Shown here: positions 36,127-45,584 of the stretch, one piece after another
How positions within the stretch are numbered: position 1 is the first letter of the stretch
Layout: every line of letters begins with the position of its first letter
NCBI GenBank assembly: GCA_040377305.1
Contig: JBEIPA010000003.1
Coordinates: forward strand, 1 to 64,000
Direction of reading: 5' to 3'
Length of the DNA: 64,000 nucleotides
Source of the DNA: Flavobacteriales bacterium
GTDB taxonomy: Bacteria; Bacteroidota; Bacteroidia; Palsa-965
Program-made: the position numbers and the translations under genes
The notes under the pieces: model-generated
Database searches by the model: none
What the model saw: the letters and a program-made list of their open reading frames with translations, nothing else
What the model was told of the DNA's origin: nothing

Positions 36127-36185
36127 ACCGCCAAGACGCCAAAACGCCAAGATTATTCGTCTTGGCGTTTTGAATTCTTGGCGGT
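36127..36185. repeat. Compact hairpin of 8-mer arms between convergent genes
   Basis: accgccaagacgccaaaacgccaag-attattcgt-cttggcgttttgaattcttggcggt. Confidence 0.82.
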
Positions 36186-36209
36186 AAAAATCCGCATGTG
36201 GTATTCTAT

Positions 36210-38150
36210 TTATTCCTTAACGAACTGAACGTTCTTCATTGCGCCGGAATTGTCCAACGTGCGAAGAATATACGTTCCTGCAGGAAGCTCACTCACGTCA
36301 ATTTTGTTTTGCGAGTTGCCTGAGAAATTCCCTTTCAGTACTTCACGACCATTGATGTCCATCACCGAGTAACCAGTGAGCACCGCAGTGGTTTGCACTT
36401 GCAATACGTTCGTCACCGGATTCGGGAACACGTTAACATTCGATGCAACAGTGTTCTGCATTCCAAGACAGATGTCGACAGTGACGTTCACTTGTGCAGT
36501 GTCTGAACATGCAGTGAGTGAATCTACAAACGTATAAACAAGTACGTACGTACCTACGCCCGCTGTTGCAGGATCGAAGTTGTTTCCTGTTACTGCAGTT
36601 CCAGACCATGTTCCACCTGATGGTGAACCTGTCAATGCAACGGGTGCATCAGCAAGACATGGAATCATATTCGCAGCACTTCCTGCAGCAGTTGGCACGG
36701 TGTTGATCGTTACCGAAATCGTATCTGAATCTGAACAAGCATTCGCATCAGTTACAGTAACAAAGTAAGTTCCGCTTGCTGATGCAATCAATGTTTGATT
36801 CGTTGATGCATCATTCCAAAGATATGTTGCACCTGAAACCTGCGGATCAAGTGTAACTGTTCCTCCACACTGTGTTACGTCTGTTCCTAATGCAGCAACA
36901 GGTGGTGTGTTGATTGTAACGGAGATTACGTCTGTACCTGTGCAACCGTTCACAGTTGTAACGGTAGCGGTGTAAGTTCCGCTAAAAGTCAGCAACACCG
37001 TTTGCGTGGTACTTCCGTTGCTCCATAAATAAGTTGAGCCCGGATTTCCAGCATCTACGGTTGCATTGCTGCACGCTGTAATATCAGCACCTAATGCAAC
37101 AATCGGCAAAGGGTTAATTGTAATTGCCTGTGATGTTGGTGCACTTGATCCGCACGCATTGTCGGCAGTTACAGTTACATTTCCTGAAGTTGATCCGAAA
37201 GTCACGTTGATTGTTGTTGTGCCTTGACCTGAGTTGATTGTTGATCCTGCTGGAACTGTCCACGTATAACCTGTAGCTCCTGCAACCGGATTAATCGAAA
37301 AATTAGCTGTTGATCCATCACAATGTGAATTTGTACCTGCAATGGCACTTGGAGAAGCAGGCGTTGAACCTGAAGGACCGGGTGTAATTACCAGTTGCCC
37401 ATTTCCAGACTGAAAACCTGCTACATGCGTTACTGCTGTAGCCAATGGTTCAGCATAACTGCTTCCACCACCGCCACCAGCGAAACATGATCCGCCACCG
37501 CCGTAGTAGCCACCGCCACCACCGCCGCCGCCTGCACCATCACCGGAACCGGCACCACCAGCACCTAATGAACCAGCGGTAGTATAAGTAGGACAAGAGC
37601 AACATGCAATTCCTTGTTGTCCGCCTGCAGATTGAGTTCCACCTTTGCCACCTGAGTTAGGCCAGCTTGGAAAAGGAGTTCCATCAAGTCCGTTTAATCC
37701 ACCACCGTTTCCACCATTTCCATTCTGGTAGCCGCCACCGCCGCCGCCACCGGCAACAACGAGACGATCATTCACGGTATATGGTGCTCTGCGAATATCT
37801 GTTCCGCCTCCTCCTGTTCCTGAAGTTCCACCTGAGCTGTACGAGAATACACCCGCACCGCCATTGTAAACACCGGGGTGACTTCCCTGATTACTTGCAC
37901 CGAGTTCACCAACGAAAATCTCAAGTACCTCACCCGGAGTAACCGCAATTGTAGCCTGTACACGTCCGCCTAAGCCACCGGGTGCTGTAGGGCCTGTGCC
38001 TCCGGCAGCGCCGTAAGCATCAACCGTAATTGTCGTTACACAAGGAGGCACCGTGTAGGTCTGTGCGGCGCCTGTAAAATTGAATACTGTTTGCGCACCC
38101 AAACTTCCGGATGCAAGTAATAGCAGTAATAGTTTGTAAGTCTTTCTCAT
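36210..38150 (-). CDS. T9SS type A protein with glycine-rich (ALK/LTK-like) domain and Ig/PKD-like repeats
   Basis: FNFTGA.Q.YTVP, GA.GG, GGGGTDIR, RLVVAGGGGGGG, GGGGYYGGGG, GNG.LVIT; YTWTVP and YLWSNG repeats; VFPNP...CTD. Confidence 0.88.
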   Translation of the reverse strand: MRKTYKLLLLLLASGSLGAQTVFNFTGAAQTYTVPPCVTTITVDAYGAAGGTGPTAPGGLGGRVQATIAVTPGEVLEIFVGELGASNQGSHPGVYNGGAGVFSYSSGGTSGTGGGGTDIRRAPYTVNDRLVVAGGGGGGGYQNGNGGNGGGLNGLDGTPFPSWPNSGGKGGTQSAGGQQGIACCSCPTYTTAGSLGAGGAGSGDGAGGGGGGGGYYGGGGSCFAGGGGGSSYAEPLATAVTHVAGFQSGNGQLVITPGPSGSTPASPSAIAGTNSHCDGSTANFSINPVAGATGYTWTVPAGSTINSGQGTTTINVTFGSTSGNVTVTADNACGSSAPTSQAITINPLPIVALGADITACSNATVDAGNPGSTYLWSNGSTTQTVLLTFSGTYTATVTTVNGCTGTDVISVTINTPPVAALGTDVTQCGGTVTLDPQVSGATYLWNDASTNQTLIASASGTYFVTVTDANACSDSDTISVTINTVPTAAGSAANMIPCLADAPVALTGSPSGGTWSGTAVTGNNFDPATAGVGTYVLVYTFVDSLTACSDTAQVNVTVDICLGMQNTVASNVNVFPNPVTNVLQVQTTAVLTGYSVMDINGREVLKGNFSGNSQNKIDVSELPAGTYILRTLDNSGAMKNVQFVKE

Positions 38151-38228
38151 AGTGTTCAATTAGTTTGCATGGTGAATTTAGTGAAATTCAGCCTTGTGGC
38201 GGCACACAGCATGACTATATTAGTGCTT

Positions 38229-38522
38229 ATGGCAGCAACCAAAGGTTCCAGACGCGTTTGCAATCAAGGACACGTGTATTACAAGAGTAGCGATTGTCCA
38301 ACTTGTCCGGTTTGTGAAAGCGCGCGCAAACCTGCAGCAGATTTCATGAACGGACTTTCTGCTCCTGCTCGTCGGGGGTTGGAGAATGCCGGAATCAAAA
38401 CACTGAAACAGTTGGCGAAATATTCGGAGAAGCAAATTCTAGAATTGCATGGAATCGGACAGAGTGCGATACCGAAGTTGAAGAAAGTATTGGAGGAAGA
38501 AGGATTAACTTTTAAGAAGTAG
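38229..38522 (+). CDS. RNA polymerase alpha CTD-like (HhH) small protein with N-terminal Cys/His cluster
   Basis: CNQGH.YYKSSDCPTCPVCE; LSAPARRGLENAGI.TL.QL..YSE..IL.LHGIG. Confidence 0.82.
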   Translation: MAATKGSRRVCNQGHVYYKSSDCPTCPVCESARKPAADFMNGLSAPARRGLENAGIKTLKQLAKYSEKQILELHGIGQSAIPKLKKVLEEEGLTFKK

Positions 38523-38534
38523 ATTGCTGATCAA

Positions 38535-39503
38535 ATGAAAATGTGGCGGACTGTTATTTACGCGTTTTGTATTTTGATTTTAAGCGGGGGCTGTTCCGAA
38601 AACCCCGAACCAGTTTCTATTCCAAACATTGTTCCTGTTCAATTCGGGTCATTTTCATTTCATGTGACAGATGAATGGACCATCACACGTTCTGCGGACA
38701 CACTCTTGCTCAAAAATGACAGCTGCACAATTAAAGTGCATCGCGGTATTAATCTACACCTTTCAATATTCAGAACAATGCCACCCACGCGGTTGCCGGA
38801 ACTAACAATTCGGGAAAGGAAAATGCTCAACCGATATTTTCCTTCTCCGTATTATCCGGATTCACTCCCCGATAGTCTTGCAACACTGCGCTTCACCGTT
38901 GCAAACGATTCCATTCTGCGCCGATATACCTGCAATTCGGATAGTGCCAATTTCCCTTCCGATTTTCTGGCAGTGCACCCTGTCAGCGGTAATAGTGTCC
39001 ACTTCGAAACAATTGTAGGACACGCAGACGCCGATTCTGTTTTTGCACTGATAGCCGGTAGCATTCGCTTCGTTCCTGATCGAACAGTGCCAACTATTCT
39101 CGCCTTTTCGTTTAATGATACTGCGATTAATTGTTGCGATGAGCTTCTGAAGGATGGAACAGACAACCCGTACTACAATAAAACGGTGATGCGGGTCAAC
39201 GATTCAATCATTGAGTACTGGACACCTCAACGGTTCCACAGTACGTATGTAAAGACAATGGATCATTCCATGGAGGTCATCGGAGATTCTATATTCGTCA
39301 AGGCGTTCAACGGACGTGCTGATCTCCATTATTTCGAGGAGTCTGAAATTATCGCGGCACCACCTAGCGAGGTAAGGATACAATGTGATTGCTGGACATG
39401 CGAGACCATTTATTTTAAGATCGGCATACCACGAGACCGCAAATACAAGATCAAATTCGTTGGTGAAACGGCTGCTGTTGGCGAAAAGATATTACTTCAG
39501 TAA
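38535..39503 (+). CDS. Hypothetical lipoprotein
   Basis: Lipobox-like LSGGC after a hydrophobic N-terminus; 322 aa. Confidence 0.65.
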   Translation: MKMWRTVIYAFCILILSGGCSENPEPVSIPNIVPVQFGSFSFHVTDEWTITRSADTLLLKNDSCTIKVHRGINLHLSIFRTMPPTRLPELTIRERKMLNRYFPSPYYPDSLPDSLATLRFTVANDSILRRYTCNSDSANFPSDFLAVHPVSGNSVHFETIVGHADADSVFALIAGSIRFVPDRTVPTILAFSFNDTAINCCDELLKDGTDNPYYNKTVMRVNDSIIEYWTPQRFHSTYVKTMDHSMEVIGDSIFVKAFNGRADLHYFEESEIIAAPPSEVRIQCDCWTCETIYFKIGIPRDRKYKIKFVGETAAVGEKILLQ

Positions 39504-39602
39504 CTTTCAATACTCCGTAGGCTGATTATCTATGAAACGCAACGATTGTATCGCGTCACGGTGAAAAGTGACGGATTTTCACTTAGCATCACTAATTGGT
39601 AG

Positions 39603-40277
39603 ATGAAAAAGTTCTGGTCAGTTCCCGTTTTGATAGCCGTGTTGTCTTCGTGTTCCGAAACGACTGAGTCAGAATCAAAGCAAATCATAGATTCCACGGA
39701 TAAGGATACCGTGCAAACCTTAAAAGTCTACCCCATCGAAGCCCGCCTCTGCGGACCCATGCTCTCCTTCGCAAACCACATCGACTCGAATGGTTTCAGT
39801 TGTGATTCATCACGCCTTGCTAAAGTTTATACATGGCTCAGCGACAACGAAAATTTGTATGGACGCAATCACTCGTTTTATGTGTGTGATAGAAGTGAAA
39901 GTTGTCTTGCAACATCTTCTATGCTCGACAATACGGAGCATGCAGAGTGGTTTGATTCGATCTGGGGTGACACTCCGGAACCGATCATTGCTTATTTCTT
40001 CACTGATCCAGGCTCGGATGGTTTCTATATAGACGGTGTCATGGAACAATGGAAGCTCAGCGATTCAACAGCTGCCCGATTGGTTGCTGAGAAAATTGCA
40101 TTCACAGAAAACATTTTTGGTCACAACGTAGCTCCAATGCTCTGTTACGTTGATGATTGTGTTTACGTAATCTATTCACGTTCTACACCGGCGATGTATA
40201 CGCTGCTTCCGTACTTCAGATGGTTCGTTGATGACAACAGTGCTGTAATTGTCGCGCGCGAAAACGGCTGGCAATAA
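39603..40277 (+). CDS. Hypothetical lipoprotein
   Basis: MKKFWSVPVLIAVLSSC lipobox. Confidence 0.7.
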   Translation: MKKFWSVPVLIAVLSSCSETTESESKQIIDSTDKDTVQTLKVYPIEARLCGPMLSFANHIDSNGFSCDSSRLAKVYTWLSDNENLYGRNHSFYVCDRSESCLATSSMLDNTEHAEWFDSIWGDTPEPIIAYFFTDPGSDGFYIDGVMEQWKLSDSTAARLVAEKIAFTENIFGHNVAPMLCYVDDCVYVIYSRSTPAMYTLLPYFRWFVDDNSAVIVARENGWQ

Positions 40278-40320
40278 CGCTGAAAAGGAAACGAAGCCAG
40301 GTTTAAAATCTGAATTATGC

Positions 40321-40351
40321 AACCGGGAACGGGGAACTGAGAACCGGAAAC
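40321..40351 (-). repeat. Degenerate 7-mer arm overlapping the stop codon
   Basis: Minus strand TA-gtttccg-gttctca-gttcccc-gttcccg-gtt; same family as 21744 and 28950. Confidence 0.7.
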
Positions 40352-40668
40352 TATTCTTCTGAACTCACATAAACATAATCCAGATTCGGATTGAACTCCG
40401 GATTTGTTTCGAGAATCGTTTCAGCTAGTTGGCGAAGTGCGTAGTTGCGAACCGGACGACCTTCGTTGAGATCTTCCAGACGCTGCATGAACTTGAAAGG
40501 AATTCCAGTCCACACCTGAGCGAGTGGTTCAGAAATCTCAGTAAACTTAAACTGCACCCACTTGTCTTCTTCCTGATTGTGCAGTCCATGACTACCATTG
40601 ATCATTCGGTCGGCATTTACCGGGATGATCCGCACTCCTGTTGTCATTTCCACCATGATCTGCACCAT
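40351..40668 (-). CDS. Hypothetical protein (~105 aa)
   Basis: Plausible composition, no competing gene; start uncertain. Confidence 0.6.
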   Translation of the reverse strand: MVQIMVEMTTGVRIIPVNADRMINGSHGLHNQEEDKWVQFKFTEISEPLAQVWTGIPFKFMQRLEDLNEGRPVRNYALRQLAETILETNPEFNPNLDYVYVSSEE

Positions 40669-40938
40669 AAACAAAGAAATTACTTCTTGTTGCCGTCAAA
40701 AATAGATGGTGGATCGATAGCTAAATGGAAATGCGTTTTGAAGTTATTAGCATTAAAATGTTTAATACGACGAAAAATCGCCCTTTTTCAATTGTTCAAA
40801 ACCCAAAATTCTACACTGGGATAAGGCGTGGAACGTGCATGAACGCTGCAAAAGTGCGATTGTGTGTAAGGTTCGTAATGCTGTTAATATCGATGATTTT
40901 GAGCATGATTATTCTTATCAACAAGTGCAGCTTTTAAG

Positions 40939-41093
40939 AGACGATGGACTTCAGACGACAGACGGGAGTAGTAAAGCAATCGCAAATCGGCTAGTCTTAG
41001 ATGGAGGAACGAAAAAAGCGCGAATCCCTTCGCGCCTTTTTCCTTCTTAAACTCTTCGACTTACTCCCGTCTGTCGTCTGAAGTCTGTCGTCT
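40939..41093. repeat. 32-bp inverted 7-mer arms enclosing a terminator
   Basis: agacgatggacttcagacgacagacgggagta / tactcccgtctgtcgtctgaagtctgtcgtct (30/32 complementary). Confidence 0.85.
41012..41041. terminator. Intrinsic terminator, possibly bidirectional
   Basis: AAAAAA-GCGCGAA-tccc-TTCGCGC-cTTTTT. Confidence 0.75.
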
Positions 41094-41571
41094 ATTTATA
41101 CCCGAGCATGAACACAACACATTCCTGTCCCGTCACCGTATCAGTAACCGCCGGCATGTCATAATCAACGTAGAACTTAAACTTCGCATTATCCGGTTCG
41201 AACACGTGAAGCTTTGTACCTGCAGGAGAATTTTTGCTCGTCCACAGCACTTTGCGGTTCTTGGTTTCTTTGTCTTTGTTATAAACAGAGATCACCACGT
41301 CTTTCGTAAGGGCGGTTGTATTGAATACCATGCGGTACTTTTCACCAATGAAGACCGGAACTTCGATCTCTTTCATCTGCACTTTATTCTTGTAACGCAG
41401 CTGTGTTACTTTCCCTGAATCGTATTTGAACGGATCCAGTTTTTCACGCGCTGCATCTTTCAACGCTTTCTGGTCGCAGGTAACTGCTTGCTGGATTGCC
41501 GCGCTTGTAAGTGACAACACGATCACCATCGCCGGTACAATCAGGAAAAAAAATCGTTTCATATTTTTCAT
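41092..41571 (-). CDS. Secreted hypothetical protein
   Basis: Signal peptide MKNMKRFFFLIVPAMVIVLSLTSA; two Cys; co-oriented with the upstream lipoprotein. Confidence 0.75.
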   Translation of the reverse strand: MKNMKRFFFLIVPAMVIVLSLTSAAIQQAVTCDQKALKDAAREKLDPFKYDSGKVTQLRYKNKVQMKEIEVPVFIGEKYRMVFNTTALTKDVVISVYNKDKETKNRKVLWTSKNSPAGTKLHVFEPDNAKFKFYVDYDMPAVTDTVTGQECVVFMLGYK

Positions 41572-41590
41572 AATAGAGTGGGGGTTTCGC

Positions 41591-42442
41591 TTATCCTTTA
41601 ATGATGTTAGCACGAATCACTGCAATCTTTTCAATGAGTGGATCCATTTCGCCTTTAGCTGGTTTTACGTCCGAGAAATCCAGATCCGGATTTTCGTGCA
41701 GCTTCACAACTGATGGCATCTTCTCGAATTCAGCATGTAAGTCGTTCAACTGAGTGATGAGCCCGGTGATACTTGGATCTTGCGCTTCGTATGCTTTCAA
41801 TTCTGAAATGATAGATGAGAGCACAGCCATTTGTTCAAACAGAGCCTGTTCCACATTCTCATTTCCTTCTTTCTTGTAAACTTCACCTGCGATGTACATC
41901 GATTCGATCCATGCACCTGCAAAAATTACTCCATACAATTCATTCTGTTGGTTCTCTTCAAGCTGCAAATCGGTTTGATACTGAATTTCCGCAACAATCG
42001 CTCCGATAGAATCTTCATTCTCCATATTGTTGTTGAAACGATCAAACAGGTCCGACTGATCGAACACTTTCGAAAGATTGAGCTTGTTGCCCACTTCGCG
42101 AACTGTTTTCAAGTACAACTGACCTTCCTGCGTCTGTTTGTTCAGAACGCTGTAAGCCATATCGGCACTGTAAACACCCATGATTTGTGCAAGCTGAAAA
42201 GTGCTGGAATAATTCGACACTTTAGTAACGTCGAAGGTCAGTCCCGGCAAGTAACTAAGCTCTGAACGCTTAAACATTGCAGCAACACGGAACGGCGTTG
42301 GCAGAGACGAATTTGTCTCGATGATTTCCACAGTCGCGTTGGTATCAACATAATTTGAATCAACATTTTCAACAACTTGTGGGTCGCCACCGCATGCTGC
42401 AAGCATAGCAAGGGGCAGTACAAACGCATAGCGTAATTTCAT
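41591..42442 (-). CDS. Hypothetical helical lipoprotein
   Basis: LAAC lipobox; MGVYSADMAYS and GAWIESMYIA motifs; TACCTTTG at 42474-42481. Confidence 0.8.
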   Translation of the reverse strand: MKLRYAFVLPLAMLAACGGDPQVVENVDSNYVDTNATVEIIETNSSLPTPFRVAAMFKRSELSYLPGLTFDVTKVSNYSSTFQLAQIMGVYSADMAYSVLNKQTQEGQLYLKTVREVGNKLNLSKVFDQSDLFDRFNNNMENEDSIGAIVAEIQYQTDLQLEENQQNELYGVIFAGAWIESMYIAGEVYKKEGNENVEQALFEQMAVLSSIISELKAYEAQDPSITGLITQLNDLHAEFEKMPSVVKLHENPDLDFSDVKPAKGEMDPLIEKIAVIRANIIKG

Positions 42443-42569
42443 GGGAGGGATTGATTTTTTGGTTTGAGTGTCGCAAAGGTAAAAAAAGCAGCCATATCAG
42501 TGTAAAAAGACTGTTAATAAGGGTGGTGGATAGGGTGGGAATCAGTACTTTTGGTCCCTCAAAATTTGC

Positions 42570-44678
42570 ATGCCACTTATGAAAAAAGGCTTCTTTCTAA
42601 CGCTGGTAACCGCTTTTCTGGTTGTCGGCACATCTTTCGCACAAGCATCCGCTGATGCCAATGATCCGATTCTAATGTCAATCGGTGCTAAGCAAGTGAA
42701 ACTCTCGGAGTTCACTTATGTGTACAAGAAAAACAACAAAGACACAACCAACAATCCAGAGGCGGTAGAGAATTACCTCGAGCTCTTCACAACTTTCAAG
42801 ATGAAAGTGATGGAAGCGGAAGAGTTGAAAATGGATACTTCAGGTGCATTCCGCGACGAACTCGCCGGATACCGCCGTCAGGTTTCATTACAGTATCTCA
42901 CGGATCGTAAGGTAAACGACAGTCTTCTCATGGAAGCGTACAATCGCATGAAGGAAGATATTCGTGCAAGTCACGTCCTTGTTCTTTGTGATGAGAATGC
43001 ACTTCCCAAAGACACTGCGATTGCTTACACCCGTGTGCAGATCATTCAGAATCTTTTGAACGGCAAACCGGCAACAAAACTCATCGCTGACTACGAAGCA
43101 CAGCTGAAATCGAAATACGCGATCACATCAAAATCGCCTGCGGGAGATATCGCTAAAGTGAATATGCTGGTGAATCCTTTGAAGGATCTTGACAAGAAAT
43201 ACAAAGGCAAACCCGCTCCGTTTGACGAAGTTGCATTCACAGCTTCTGAAGACAAGTCGGCTTTGACGAATCGTGGCGATTTGGGTTGGTTCACAGCGTT
43301 CTCAATGGTTTATCCGTTTGAGACCTTGTGTTATAACACGCCAGTAGGCAAAGTTGGTGGTCCAACCAGAACGAAATTCGGTTACCACGTGGTGTACGTT
43401 GCTGATCGTCGTCCGGCTGTTGGAAAGATTACAGTAACACACATCATGATCAATTCCCGCGCTGGTGCTCCGTTGCAGGATTCACTGAATGCGAAAGCAA
43501 AAGCAGATGAGATCTATGCAAAAGCAATTGCCGGAGAAGATTTCGCAACATTGGCGAAGCAGTTCTCCGACGACAAACAATCGGCTGTGAAAGGCGGAGA
43601 GATTCCAAAGTTTGGTTTGTACGAGATGCCTGCTCCGTTTGAGAAAGCAGCATTCGACCTCAAAGCAGATGCTGAAATCACTGCGCCAATTAAAACGAAT
43701 TGGGGATGGCATATTATCAAGCGTGTTCGCAAAGAGCCTTTCCCAACATTCGATCAGGCAAAAGCCGACATCAAACAACGTGTTAGCCGTGACCAGCGTT
43801 CTATCCAGGGCCGTGCTTCGTTGGTTGCTCGTGTGAAAGCGGATAATGGATTTACAGAATATCCGAACACTGTGAAAGATTTCTACCCCGTTATCGACTC
43901 CACTTACTTCAAAGGCATGTGGAAAGCAGATAAAGCGAAGAATCTGAACAAAACTATGTTCACGCTCGCTGGTAAGAATTACACGCAACAGGATTTCGCT
44001 TTGTGGCTTGAGATTCACCAGGTACGCGGTCCAAAGCGCGATATTCCAACTCTGGTTGACGCTGGCTACAAACTTTGGGTTGAAGAATCGTGTGTTGCAT
44101 ACGAAGACACACAACTTGAACGCAAGTATCCTGATTTCAAAAACCTCATGCAGGAATATCGCGACGGTATGTTGTTGTTCGATCTGATGGACAAAAAAGT
44201 GTGGTCAAAGGCAGTAAAAGACACTGCAGGGTTGCGCACATTCCACGAGCAGAACAAAGGCAAATACATGCAGGTTGAGCGTGCGGATGCAACTGTATTC
44301 TCCTGCAAAGACGAAGCTACTGCGAAGAAAGTGCGCAAGATGCTGAAGCAGAAAAAAACAACGAAGGAAATTCAGGATGAGCTCAACAAAGATTCTCAGC
44401 TGAACGTAACTGCAGAACATAAACTTTACATCAAAGGCGAAAGCGATATTGTTGATCGTAACTGGAAAACGGGCACGTCTAAGAACGAGAATATCGACGG
44501 TCGCGTGAAGTTTGTTGTTGTTGATCACCTCGAGCCGGCACGCCCGAAGACTTTGCAGGAAGCGCGTGGTGCAGTTACAACAGATTATCAGAACCAACTT
44601 GATAAAGAGTGGATCGCATCACTGAAAGCAAAGTATCCGGTGACAGTGAACCGCGATGTATTGAAGATGGTGAAATAA
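42570..44678 (+). CDS. Parvulin-type peptidyl-prolyl isomerase (two PpiC domains)
   Basis: IRASHVL, GDLGWF..F.MV.PFE, TKFGYHVV, FATLAKQFSDD, TNWGWHII; TACTTTTG at 42546-42553. Confidence 0.9.
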   Translation: MPLMKKGFFLTLVTAFLVVGTSFAQASADANDPILMSIGAKQVKLSEFTYVYKKNNKDTTNNPEAVENYLELFTTFKMKVMEAEELKMDTSGAFRDELAGYRRQVSLQYLTDRKVNDSLLMEAYNRMKEDIRASHVLVLCDENALPKDTAIAYTRVQIIQNLLNGKPATKLIADYEAQLKSKYAITSKSPAGDIAKVNMLVNPLKDLDKKYKGKPAPFDEVAFTASEDKSALTNRGDLGWFTAFSMVYPFETLCYNTPVGKVGGPTRTKFGYHVVYVADRRPAVGKITVTHIMINSRAGAPLQDSLNAKAKADEIYAKAIAGEDFATLAKQFSDDKQSAVKGGEIPKFGLYEMPAPFEKAAFDLKADAEITAPIKTNWGWHIIKRVRKEPFPTFDQAKADIKQRVSRDQRSIQGRASLVARVKADNGFTEYPNTVKDFYPVIDSTYFKGMWKADKAKNLNKTMFTLAGKNYTQQDFALWLEIHQVRGPKRDIPTLVDAGYKLWVEESCVAYEDTQLERKYPDFKNLMQEYRDGMLLFDLMDKKVWSKAVKDTAGLRTFHEQNKGKYMQVERADATVFSCKDEATAKKVRKMLKQKKTTKEIQDELNKDSQLNVTAEHKLYIKGESDIVDRNWKTGTSKNENIDGRVKFVVVDHLEPARPKTLQEARGAVTTDYQNQLDKEWIASLKAKYPVTVNRDVLKMVK

Positions 44679-44684
44679 CCAATT

Positions 44685-45584
44685 ATGCACAGTACACCGA
44701 GCAGGCAACCATACAAGCGAACCGGCGTCATCTCACTGATGACGCTGGTTTGTTTTTTAATGGCGGCGTGCGGCAATGAAATAACTACCGAAACCCCTGA
44801 ACAGGGAAAGATCATTGCAACCGTGTACACGCACAATTTGTACGAGAGTGATTTGGCTGCAGCGATGCCGGCAGGATTGACTTCTGAAGACAGTGCTCGC
44901 CGTGCGGAGAATTACATTAACTCGTGGGTACGGGAAATGTTGTTGTTAAGCAAAGCAGAAAACAACTTGCCTGAGAACGATGCAGAAATGGAGAAGAAGC
45001 TCCGCGATTATAAGAACTCACTCATCATTTACGCGTACGAAACGGAACTTGTACATCAGAAACTGGATACCGTTGTGAGCGATGCGGAAATTGAAACCTA
45101 TTACAACGAACATAGCAGCGATTTTCAGCTTCGCGATAATATTGTGAAAGTGGTTTATGTGAAAGTCGATAACAAAGCTCCGAATCTGCCTAAGTTGAAG
45201 GGCTGGGTGAAGTCAGACAAGCCTGCTGATCGGGAAGAGCTTGACAAGTACTGCCGACAATATGCGACGAACTACTACCTCGACGACAATTCATGGCTGC
45301 TTCTGGATGATTTGCTCAAGGAAGTTCCGATTCAGAGCTATAACTGGGAGCTTTTCCTGCAAACCAACAAGTTTGTAGAGGTTTCCGATTCAACATCGAC
45401 CTACTTTTTGAACTTTAAGGGCTACATGACGCGTAACAGTCAGTCGCCCTTGTCGTTCGAAAAAGAGAATATCAGAAATATTATTCTTAATAAACGCAAA
45501 CTCGAGCTAATTGATAAGATGCATGACGATCTTTACAATGAAGCTGTGGAGAGTGACCGTATAAAGATCTATCCGAGAAAATGA
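44685..45584 (+). CDS. PPIase-associated lipoprotein
   Basis: LMAAC lipobox; IIATV...LYESDL, YINSW...LL..AE.N, EIETYY; between two PPIases. Confidence 0.78.
   Translation: MHSTPSRQPYKRTGVISLMTLVCFLMAACGNEITTETPEQGKIIATVYTHNLYESDLAAAMPAGLTSEDSARRAENYINSWVREMLLLSKAENNLPENDAEMEKKLRDYKNSLIIYAYETELVHQKLDTVVSDAEIETYYNEHSSDFQLRDNIVKVVYVKVDNKAPNLPKLKGWVKSDKPADREELDKYCRQYATNYYLDDNSWLLLDDLLKEVPIQSYNWELFLQTNKFVEVSDSTSTYFLNFKGYMTRNSQSPLSFEKENIRNIILNKRKLELIDKMHDDLYNEAVESDRIKIYPRK

Noticed and set aside
40725-41050. Two ~70-aa plus-strand ORFs
   Set aside because: Non-ATG or weak starts, no recognisable motif, and one runs through the repeat arm; likely the upstream region of the 40351 gene
43482-44597. 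Long minus-strand ORFs opposite the PPIase
   Set aside because: Antisense shadows of a well-supported gene with biased codon usage
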